Shown here one piece after another: positions 9,871 to 17,664 of a DNA stretch of 32,000 nt. Within the stretch, counting starts at the first letter, position 1. Each line of letters begins with the position of its first letter. A program made the translations under genes and the position numbers. The notes under the pieces are model-generated. The model saw only the letters and a list, made by a program, of their open reading frames with translations, did not search any database and was not told the DNA's origin. This stretch comes from Microcystis aeruginosa NIES-843 (GTDB taxonomy: Bacteria > Cyanobacteriota > Cyanobacteriia > Cyanobacteriales > Microcystaceae), in NCBI RefSeq assembly GCF_000010625.1, contig NC_010296.1, positions 5,070,001-5,102,000 on the forward strand, read 5' to 3'.

Positions 9871-10650
9871 TATAGCAATTCTCTGACTTATGAGGTACAG
9901 TAGCAACAGTGAGTAAACCAATTGCGAATATCTTTTTGAGTAACTTCTAACATAGCCAATTCAATCCCTTCTATTAAGTCTTTGTAAGTTCTCGCCTTCA
10001 GTTTTCTTAACGTCGCTTTCACTTTTGACCAAAAGTTTTCAATAGGAGAGAATTCGGGAGAATAAGGAGGTAAATAGATGAGTCTAGCTTTTTCTTGTTC
10101 GATTATTTCTCTGACCATTTCTCCGAGATGAATCTTGGCGTTATCCATGATCAGACAGTCTCCTTCTTTAATTTTTGGCAGCACTTCCTTTAGAATAAAT
10201 CCTTCAAATGTTACCGCATCCACTGCACCGTATATGTTGACTGATGCGACAACTTTTTCTAAGCTTATAGCACTAATTATTGAAATATTTCTCCCTCTTT
10301 TTTGTGGTTTTCTTCCCCGAGCTCTTCGGCCAATTAAGGCTCTAGCATAGAGTCTCAAAAGGGCTAAATTTACCCCCGATTCATCGATGAAAATTAGTTT
10401 TGATGCCTCAATTTCCCGAACTTCTGACCAGTATTCCACTCTTTTTTGCTGTACCCTGTCACTTTCTTTTTCCGCCGCGTGTAGTGTTTTTTTTTGAAAC
10501 TGTAATTGAGTTTTTGCGTAAGCCGCCCCAGGGTGGCTCTACTGACTTTCACCTGTGTCTTTTCATACAGTAAGTCCGATAATTCTTCGAGAGTTGCATC
10601 ATTGTTAGCTTCGATGATTTCTATTAAAATTATCAGTTGTTCACTATTTA

Positions 10651-11600
10651 TAGTTATTTCAAATAAGAACGAGACACTAGGCGACACAATAAGTACGAAT
10701 AATTTCATCAAGGGGTGTCCCCACAGGAGCATACATTCTTGCCCTCTTTAATGCACTAAAATCATGTTCGATATCATTTAAATCAGGAGAGTATTTTGGC
10801 AAAAACACGACCTGATGACCTGCTTCCTCTACCAGTTGTTTAATGACTGTCTTCCGATGAATTGGTGCATTATCCATAATTAATACTGATGTTATGGTTA
10901 GAGAGGGCAACAAATATAAAGATAACCACCCTTCAAAACCTTCGGCATTCAGGCTTCTCGTAAATACCATCGGTGCAATAAAGTCTTTTTTTCCCTTTCT
11001 TCTACCAGCGACAAGGTTCTCTCTTTTTCCTCGTTTTCCTTGTCTATCTCCAAAGACTTTCTTCCCTTTTTTTGACCAAGCATAAAAACAGGCTTGAAAT
11101 TCTTCAAACCCTGACTCATCAATAAATACAAGGCTTTCACTTCCATATATTTTAATCAATTCTCTCAGCACTCTGTAGTATTTCATTCTTTCTTCTCGGT
11201 TTCTTTCTCTATAACGAAGTTCCTTCTTTTTTCTGGTAACTTTCATGTTTTTTAAGGCATAGCAAATGGCACTTGGTCTCACTCCAAATTTCTCGGCTCT
11301 GTCTCTTAATCTTGCCTCGGGATTTTCTTGGACATCTTTTGACAGTGCTTTCCAGTCCAGCTTTCTCTGACGGTGTTTTACCTTTGTTGCTTCCAGTTTT
11401 TCCCTACCTAGCCATCTATATATCGTCGCTCTTCCTATATTAAATAGAGCGGCGGCTTTGGTTATGCTTCCCCCATTCTCTACATAATCGATTACTTTTT
11501 TTCTCAAGTCTAGGCTATAAGACATTTTTCTGTATGGGTTGCTCGTTTCTCTTGATTTTACCTTATTTTTCCCTCGTCTCACACTTATTTGAAATGACTA
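10651..11600 (-). mobile_element. IS630-family element (inner), nested in the outer IS630 transposase gene
   Basis: TIRs TAGTTATTTCAAATAAG...GAGAC (10651-) and complement ending 11600. TA flanks (10649-50, 11601-02). Removal restores ...PPTKL|NSEQLII... in frame. Confidence 0.8.
10677..11525 (-). CDS. IS630-family transposase (inner element, apparently intact)
   Basis: Start placed at MSYSLDLRKKVIDYVENGGS (HTH). DDE_3 motifs IDESGF, MDNAPIHR, PKYSPDLNDIEHDF. Confidence 0.85.
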   Translation of the reverse strand: MSYSLDLRKKVIDYVENGGSITKAAALFNIGRATIYRWLGREKLEATKVKHRQRKLDWKALSKDVQENPEARLRDRAEKFGVRPSAICYALKNMKVTRKKKELRYRERNREERMKYYRVLRELIKIYGSESLVFIDESGFEEFQACFYAWSKKGKKVFGDRQGKRGKRENLVAGRRKGKKDFIAPMVFTRSLNAEGFEGWLSLYLLPSLTITSVLIMDNAPIHRKTVIKQLVEEAGHQVVFLPKYSPDLNDIEHDFSALKRARMYAPVGTPLDEIIRTYCVA

Positions 11601-11860
11601 TAACTTGGTTGGCGGACTTCCCCCTTGCGGACGAGGACGGATATCTCCTGTTTCTTTATGTTGCTTCAATAACTTCTGAATAAAGCTTTTAGCCACGTCA
11701 AATCTCTGGGCTAGTCCTCGAATGGAAATTTTTTCTTTCTTCCAGACATCGATAATTTTTTGGCGAAAATCTACGGAATAGGGTCTCATAGGAAGCTGGT
11801 AAGTTCTATTATTTGTCTATTTACTTTCTATTGTACCTCATAGCTCCAAGAATTGCTATA

Positions 11861-12446
11861 TTTTATATTGTTGAGCGCCTTGCTCGAAAAGCTTATCCGC
11901 TTCTTTTCGCTGTTTTTCTGCTTCCATTAATACTAAGAGTTTTTCAGCACTTTTTTCTAAATCAGCATCCTTAATTTCTTTTGCGATGGTTAAAGTCTGC
12001 TGAAAAAATTCTATGCTCTCCTTAAATTCTCCTAACTCATAGTAAGCCCCACCGAGATTTAAAAAGGCGAGGGCTTCTAGACGACGTTCTTTTGACTCTT
12101 GTGCTATTTTAACCGCATTTTCTAAAACAGAAATAGCTTGACGGTATTGACCGTCGTTAAAATAGGCATTGCCTAAATTAACGGTAGATTTAGCTTCCCC
12201 TGAAAGGTCTTTAATTTGCCGGTAGGCTATCACCGCCTGTTGACAGGATTGAATCGCCAATTTTACTTGATTATTATCAAGATTCTGGCGACATAATTGC
12301 AAAAGTTGATCCGCTTCGGCTTTCCTCGCATCCGTATTTTGCGCTATTACCGCAGGGACGAGAGAGGAGAGTTTCCCGTTAACAACTGGTAGGGTGACGG
12401 TAGCCACTAGGGAAAGGGTAAGTAAGGCGTAAAATTTGGGATTCAT
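11861..12446 (-). pseudogene. TPR-CHAT protein, N-terminal fragment (signal peptide plus first TPRs)
   Basis: MNPKFYALLTLSLVATVTLPVVNG hydrophobic leader, then TPR-like units. The track ORF stop (11856-58) lies inside the IS630 terminus. Confidence 0.8.
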
Positions 12447-12587
12447 AGTTATTTCCGCTATCAGTTATTAGTTAATACACCTCATCATGAGTTCCAATGT
12501 TAATCAAAACTATCCTATCTGTTTAAGTTTTTTCGTCTCGTTCTAAATAGAAAATGATGCGGCAATCATAACTACAGGAACAAGCTC

Positions 12588-12683
12588 TCAATTCCTGATA
12601 TTCTCCCCTGACTCGATTAACATTTCTTGCTGTTCCCTTGGTAATTGACTAACCAACTCCAGCGCGTTTTCAAAGGTAATCAT
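12588..12683 (-). CDS. 31-aa ORF, possible truncated antitoxin-like remnant
   Basis: Hand translation MITFENALELVSQLPREQQEMLIESGENIRN*. Below the track cutoff; the antitoxin resemblance is only from memory. Confidence 0.2.
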   Translation of the reverse strand: MITFENALELVSQLPREQQEMLIESGENIRN

Positions 12684-12766
12684 ATTCAACTCCCTTGTTA
12701 AATTTAATGCGATAACAGTCCTATTTAAGTACGAAGATCTGATCAATGACATAATTTTTCCCCTCG

Positions 12767-13174
12767 CTAACCCGACATTAGAGGAATCTTTAATAAACGT
12801 TTCCTAATCCAATCAGCTAATTCTTCCTCTGAAAGCTTACCAACAGCAAGATCGATCCATATCTGGTATTTTTCTTGACTAGAAGCTTGAACATCGTAGC
12901 CATTGAGCCTGAGAAAAGTCCTCGTCACTACATAGGCCGTTCTCTTATTCCCATCTACAAAAGGGTGATTCTTGACAATCCCATAAGCGTAGGCTGCTGC
13001 CAAAGAAGCCATGTCAGGAGGCGACTTAGAATAAGCCAGAAGATTTTGCGGTCGGGAAAGTGCGCTTTCTAGCAACCCCTCATCTCGAATACCCTCTAAT
13101 CCACCATGCTCGGCTATTTGGCGGTGATGAATCGCGATAGCTACCCCATCAGCTATCCAGATTAGCTGGTTCAT
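12767..13174 (-). CDS. doc: Doc (death-on-curing) Fic-family toxin
   Basis: HPFVDGNKRTA Fic/Doc motif, 135 aa, 4 nt downstream of an AbrB-type antitoxin gene. Confidence 0.9.
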   Translation of the reverse strand: MNQLIWIADGVAIAIHHRQIAEHGGLEGIRDEGLLESALSRPQNLLAYSKSPPDMASLAAAYAYGIVKNHPFVDGNKRTAYVVTRTFLRLNGYDVQASSQEKYQIWIDLAVGKLSEEELADWIRKRLLKIPLMSG

Positions 13175-13178
13175 GAGC

Positions 13179-13403
13179 CTAAGTTGCCAGCTTTCTCAAA
13201 ACATTCCAGTCTTCGCGCATCACTTCCTCCGCCACTTCCATTTGCTGGACAAATTCGGGGTCGTAGGGTGTAAGCTCAAAGCCATTCGGCGTTTCCAAGA
13301 CGTAGAGCATATCGCCTTTACTAAGGCGCAGCTTCTCCACCAACTCTTTCGGGAAAATCACCCCCATAGAGTTCCCTACCGTTGTGACTTTTAACTTAAT
13401 CAT
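13179..13403 (-). CDS. AbrB/MazE/SpoVT-family antitoxin (Phd-role partner of Doc)
   Basis: MIKLKVTTVGNSMGVIFPKELVEKLRLSKGDMLYV swapped-hairpin barrel motif. Start placed at the second ATG (13403). Confidence 0.85.
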   Translation of the reverse strand: MIKLKVTTVGNSMGVIFPKELVEKLRLSKGDMLYVLETPNGFELTPYDPEFVQQMEVAEEVMREDWNVLRKLAT

Positions 13404-13469
13404 CGTTTTTTGACTGAGTAAATATGTCAATTATAGCACCTCCCATATTTCCTGAATTTCTCACATCAC

Positions 13470-13721
13470 TTAACAATTTAGTATTAACTTTCCGAACCAT
13501 TGTCTAATCTCTTGTTTTTCACTCTCTTCCAACAGAAAATCAATATTTTTGAATTGTTCGGCCGTTCTCTGTTTGACTGCTAAAATCTCAATCCCTACAA
13601 TCCTATCCGTCTCATCGTAATCATAGACAATCCCCGGCGCTACTTCCTCAGAATCAATAACCTTTCCCTCAAAACGACGAATATAAGCGGCATTAGCGGC
13701 TCGATCATAGTCTATTTTCAT
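13470..13721 (-). CDS. DUF2283-like small protein
   Basis: MKIDYDRAANAAYIRF...IVYDYDETDRIVGIEIL pattern typical of DUF2283; 83 aa. Confidence 0.6.
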   Translation of the reverse strand: MKIDYDRAANAAYIRRFEGKVIDSEEVAPGIVYDYDETDRIVGIEILAVKQRTAEQFKNIDFLLEESEKQEIRQWFGKLILNC

Positions 13722-13778
13722 AGTTTCCCCTTTAATCGGCGTTCAAAATGGACAGTTACCAAAAGATTATAATTACTA

Positions 13779-14182
13779 AGTAGGTAGGCGTTAAAAATTA
13801 TCAGAAACCCCCCTTATCAAGGGGAGCATGGGGGATCGGCACCCCCCTTATCAAGGGGGGACTAAGGGGGGATCGGCACCCCCCTTATCAAGGGGGATCC
13901 CCCCGCCTATCGGCACCCCCCTTATCAAGGGGGGCAGGGGGGATCGAACCTAAAATCCATTTTTAATTGGCTCTTCGTTACTTGTTATGGTTCGATAGGG
14001 GGGCATAAATCGACTAAATCCTTATATGGCAAGAGACTTAATTGATTAGCTCGTTCTAGATTGAAAACAATTGGCAAAAATCGAAGCAATGTCTTTCTAT
14101 ATAAGGGTTTCACCCCTTATAACTCCCGTCCATTGCATAACACAAACCGAAGAACCTTTTAATTTAATTATAACCAGCTACT
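13779..14182 (+). mobile_element. MITE family P, expanded copy (four hairpin cores) carrying a nested MITE
   Basis: AGTAGGTAGGCGTTAAAAATTATCAGA...ATAACCAGCTACT with TA flanks (13777-78, 14183-84). Cores at 13812, 13846, 13883 and 13919. Inverted relative to the 4130-7119 copy. Confidence 0.7.
13969..14156. mobile_element. MITE family G (TIR GGCTCTTC...), 188 bp, nested in MITE P
   Basis: Imperfect TIRs GGCTCTTCGTTACTTGTTATG / complement of CATAACACAAACCGAAGAACC (16/21). 8-bp target duplication TTTTAATT (13961-68, 14157-64). Uninterrupted target visible at 18264-18275 and 4143-4160. Confidence 0.7.
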
Positions 14183-14305
14183 TATAGCGTTTCTGATTCA
14201 CAAGAGGTACATTCCCGATCCTGAACAGCTTAATCAGCAAAGGTTTAAGTGTGCCGCACAGATGCGAGAACCGCTATATACTGTTCACATCAAACAAAAA
14301 TACCC

Positions 14306-14670
14306 ATGAAAAATAGACAAGAATACCTCACGCCCTAGTCAACTTTGACCAACCCCTATCAACTATCCTCCCTATCCTAAAAACCTTTCCTTGGGACAGT
14401 AGCGAAGCAATTATCACCCTAAAAAAAGAGCATCTGATCGATATTCTTGATCGCTATCTCAATAACGCTCTATCTGCCACCGACTTAGAAAACTGGGCTG
14501 ATGCCATCGAATGCAGAGAAGATATCGCCTATAAAACAGATGAGGAAAATCTCATTAATGACATCATTTTTTACCTCGCTAACCCGACCTTAAACGATCC
14601 ACTATCACCAAAAACAATCGAACAATACATCAGCCAACTTTCCCATTTAAAGTCTTCCTTAATTACCTAA
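14306..14670 (+). pseudogene. frameshifted conserved hypothetical gene
   Basis: ATG 14306 opens MKNRQEYLTP* (stop after 10 codons). A long open frame without a start codon continues in another phase (...LKKEHLIDILDRYLNNALSATDLENWADAIECRED...IIFYLANPTLNDPLSPKTIEQYISQL*). Confidence 0.5.
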
Positions 14671-14695
14671 ATAATTGACCTCTCCTTTGTGAATT

Positions 14696-15235
14696 TTAAT
14701 GCGGGTTTACCTGAATCTCAATTTTGTCCGAGGGGTTGAATTTAATTTCCTCAACAACGTAGGAACTGTTACGCACCACATCCTCGATCCCTCCTATTTC
14801 TGGAGAATCTAGCGAGGTTAAAGTTACTTCCGCTTTTCCTTCATTAACATCAATAATTTTGAAGTTCTGTAGGGGTTCCTGCCAGCGTTTTCTATTCTCT
14901 TTTGGATTGCTTGATTTCTCTTCCCCACGAATAACAAGCCTTCCGCTTTTGATAATAACCTTCCCTTGAAACTCTATCTGTTTGATCTCTTTCATTGCCA
15001 CTTCTTTTGTTTTTGAATCTCTCCCTAAAGCGATCGTTTTTGCTTGGGAATCGAACTTGATTAATCTCCCAGATAGAGAAGTGCCATTTTTTAAAGATAC
15101 ATTTGTATCATCTGGTATGAATACGGGAATTTTCTTGACGGGAGATTGATCGCCAGTGGCCGGTAGATGATAGCCAGCAAGGGAGGCGATAAAAACTAGG
15201 CTAGTTGCGGTTATTATTGGGTAGAGTTTTTTCAT
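14696..15235 (-). CDS. hypothetical secreted protein
   Basis: Start placed at MKKLYPIITATSLVFIASLAG (signal-peptide-like). No family recognised. Confidence 0.6.
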   Translation of the reverse strand: MKKLYPIITATSLVFIASLAGYHLPATGDQSPVKKIPVFIPDDTNVSLKNGTSLSGRLIKFDSQAKTIALGRDSKTKEVAMKEIKQIEFQGKVIIKSGRLVIRGEEKSSNPKENRKRWQEPLQNFKIIDVNEGKAEVTLTSLDSPEIGGIEDVVRNSSYVVEEIKFNPSDKIEIQVNPH

Positions 15236-15734
15236 CTTTACCTTGCCTGAATGATCAGTTTTTTTTAGAGGGTTTTTTCCATATTTTAGCGTCGGGATTG
15301 TCAAAGGGGAAGCGTTGTATCTTCTCCTTATGTTAAAACTTATAAAGCTACTCGGCTCTTCTCGACTTTGTGTGATAATTTTTGCTTATAGAATCGTGAA
15401 ATGTTTACTGGGAAAGACTTTTAGGACTATTTTGCTGAAGAAACTATCAGTATAGACCCCGTTTCCACACAGAAACCAGAAGAGCCGCTACTCCTTTACG
15501 CAGTAGCGGGAAAATTATCCTCGATCGAGAAACGGCAGCAGTTTTAGATACTCATGGGGTTATCTGGTATCTTTACGCGGATCAACGATTATCCAATTTG
15601 GCTCGACAAACCATCGAATCGGGAATCGTCCATCAACACGGTTATTCTCCTTGATAAAATACAAAGAACTGGCGATAGAACCCGATCAAGTAGGATAGCA
15701 ATCAAAAGCGCAAATTAGGGATACTTTGCCGTGA
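15162..15734. repeat. decayed copy (A) of the 17660-19001 segment
   Basis: First 95 nt differ at 2 positions from 17660-17754. Later blocks are collinear but carry large deletions (antitoxin, PIN and the 130-aa gene) and one MITE insertion. Confidence 0.8.
15354..15486. mobile_element. MITE family G, 133-bp copy
   Basis: GGCTCTTCTCGACTTTGTGTG... / ...CCACACAGAAACCAGAAGAGCC TIRs. 7-bp duplication GCTACTC (15347-53, 15487-93). Copy B (17919-17930) shows the uninterrupted site TATAAAGCTACTCCTTTACGC. Confidence 0.7.
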
Positions 15735-15923
15735 AAATATTAGCAAGAATTGCTAAATTAACAGGATTGACTCCAGATCATCTCTAATTATTATAATCAT
15801 AGCGCACCAATTTAATGATCAAGTTGCTGGGTGGGGCGCGGATTGTTAATTTGAGTTTTTTATCAGAGATTATCTCCGCAAACACGCACCCTACCAGATC
15901 AGCGATTGCGCTAACAGAAGAGA

Positions 15924-15963
15924 GTTATAGCAGTTATCTTAATGGTGAGGTATGAGCTTTTCG
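15924..15963 (+). repeat. 40-nt IS630-TIR-like block, copy 2
   Basis: 34/40 identical to 894-933; lies about 190 nt upstream of the RTX gene. Confidence 0.4.
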
Positions 15964-16155
15964 TTTTCGGGCGACAGAAGACGATGCCCTATCATTCATC
16001 TTTACGATCAAGGCTGTAGCCCGAACTCAGCTAATATTAAGATTTATTTTGCCAAGTACTTTTTAGATATTTTTTCTGTAACACTGGCGACATTGCTATC
16101 TAATAGATAAGCGTCCCTATGTAAAGTTACTTGATAGTTAAGGAGAATTAAATTC

Positions 16156-17664
16156 ATGCCTCTAATTACGGGAGATATATTCAATAACATCATTACTCCA
16201 CTTTTCGCATCACTTGGAGTCATCGGGTGGTACAGTGGACTGGGGGGCGATGATATCATTTTTGGCTATGATGGCGACGACTTCCTCGATGGTGGTAATG
16301 GCAACGACTTCCTCGATGGCGATGATGGCAGCGACACCCTCCATGGTGGGCTTGGCAACGACTTCCTCGATGGTGGTGATGGCAACGACACCCTCAATGG
16401 CGGACTTGGCGACGACACCCTCTATGGTGGCCTTGGCAATGACACTTCTGACGGTGGTGATGGTAATGATTTAATCATTGGTAATGATGGCGATGATCTC
16501 CTACTAGGTAATGCGGGCAACGATTTCCTAATAGGTAATGCGGGCAACGACAGCCTCGATGGTGGCCTTGGCGACGACTTCCTCAATGGCGGAGATGGCA
16601 ACGACATCCTCAATGGTGGTGTTGGTGTTGACTCGATGGATGGTGGTAATGGCGACGACCTCTACGGTGTGGACAACAGCGGCGACATCGTCCGGGAACT
16701 TTTGAACACTGCCCCAGGTGGGACGGCTGATACGGTATTGTCCTCAGTAACCTATTCCCTAGCACCGGGGACATTGGGTACCCAGGGATTCGGGATTGAG
16801 AACTTGATCCTGACGGGAAGTGCCAATATCAACGCTACTGGCAATGGCGCCAACAACATCCTCGTGGGCAACATTGGCAACAATGTCCTTGATGGTGGCC
16901 TTGGCAACGACACCCTCAATGGCGGAGATGGCAACGACATCCTCAATGGTGGTGTTGGTGTTGACTCGATGGATGGTGGTAATGGCGACGACCTCTACGG
17001 TGTGGACAACAGCGGCGACATCGTCCGGGAACTTTTGAACACTGCCCCAGGTGGGACGGCTGATACGGTATTGTCCTCAGTAACCTATTCCCTAGCACCG
17101 GGGACATTGGGTACCCAAGGATTCGGGATTGAGAACTTGATCCTGACGGGAAGTGCCAATATCAACGCTACTGGCAATGGCACCAACAACATCCTCGTGG
17201 GCAACATTGGCAACAATGTCCTTGGTGGTGGCCTTGGCAACGACGCCCTCAATGGTAGCTCGGGTCAGGATACCCTTGTCGATTTTGCCGGAAGCGATTT
17301 ATTCTGGCTCGACGAAATTGGCCTAGCGAACCGTGATCTGATCTTCGGCTTCTCCGTACTCGATGACAGGATCGTTCTGGCAGACCGTCTTGACAGCAGC
17401 TTGGTCGGCTTTATTAGTCCGGGGATCAAGGGTCTGGGCTTTACTGGTGGTCCTCTGCCTGGAAATCCCCTTAACCCTGCTTCGTTTTTCAGCGGAGCGG
17501 GGTTCACCGGGGGATCATTGGGAGCCCCCTCCGGCATCTACGTCAATACCACCAACGGCGACATCTGGTATAACGATTCCACCGTCCTCGGTAGTTCCCT
17601 AATTGCCAATGTTGGGGCTGGTGCCGCAGCTGGCATGACCAATTCCCACTTCGTTTATGGGTAG
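16156..17664 (+). CDS. RTX-type calcium-binding repeat protein (hemolysin-type GGxGxD nonapeptides)
   Basis: Dozens of GGxGNDxL nonapeptide repeats. AAGGAG 10 nt before the ATG. No N-terminal signal peptide, consistent with type I secretion substrates. Confidence 0.9.
   Translation: MPLITGDIFNNIITPLFASLGVIGWYSGLGGDDIIFGYDGDDFLDGGNGNDFLDGDDGSDTLHGGLGNDFLDGGDGNDTLNGGLGDDTLYGGLGNDTSDGGDGNDLIIGNDGDDLLLGNAGNDFLIGNAGNDSLDGGLGDDFLNGGDGNDILNGGVGVDSMDGGNGDDLYGVDNSGDIVRELLNTAPGGTADTVLSSVTYSLAPGTLGTQGFGIENLILTGSANINATGNGANNILVGNIGNNVLDGGLGNDTLNGGDGNDILNGGVGVDSMDGGNGDDLYGVDNSGDIVRELLNTAPGGTADTVLSSVTYSLAPGTLGTQGFGIENLILTGSANINATGNGTNNILVGNIGNNVLGGGLGNDALNGSSGQDTLVDFAGSDLFWLDEIGLANRDLIFGFSVLDDRIVLADRLDSSLVGFISPGIKGLGFTGGPLPGNPLNPASFFSGAGFTGGSLGAPSGIYVNTTNGDIWYNDSTVLGSSLIANVGAGAAAGMTNSHFVYG
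16582..17247 (+). repeat. two tandem 333-bp (111-codon) units inside the RTX gene
   Basis: CTCAATGGCGGAGATGGCAACGACATCCTC... starts at 16582 and again at 16915. Only a few substitutions seen by eye. Confidence 0.9.

Larger units (their letters stand above)
9888..11789 (-). pseudogene. outer IS630 transposase, split by the inner IS and by a frame change at an A9 run
   Basis: N-part 11598-11789 (HTH, ...GGSPPTKL), middle NSEQLIILIEIIEANNDATLEEL...NYSFKKK, C-part 9888-10439 with IDESGV, MDNAKIHL, PPYSPEFSPIENFW. T9 on the + strand at 10487-10495; an A10 reading would fuse the frames. Confidence 0.8.
9873..11858 (-). mobile_element. IS630-family element (outer), inserted in the TPR-CHAT gene and itself interrupted
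   Basis: About 33-bp TIRs TATAGCAATTCT......TATGAGGTACA.TAG at 9871-9903 and complement at 11828-11860. TA at both flanks (9871-72, 11859-60). Confidence 0.8.

Noticed and set aside
12875-13394. Plus-strand ORFs 12875-13072 and 13173-13394 opposite doc and the antitoxin gene
   Set aside because: They are antisense to two motif-supported genes of a classic TA operon and have no recognisable features.
16582-17247. Possible DGR template/variable repeat pair in the RTX duplication
   Set aside because: The differences between the units are not adenine-specific (both A-to-G and G-to-A occur). The units are tandem within one ORF, and no reverse transcriptase gene is present in the window.
16214-17602. 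Six alternative-frame and antisense ORFs within the RTX gene (16214-16474, 16422-16613, 16752-16946, 16820-17038, 17265-17537, 17363-17602)
   Set aside because: They are low-complexity translations (S/P/M/T-rich) produced by the GGxGxD repeat periodicity, and they overlap a strongly supported CDS.
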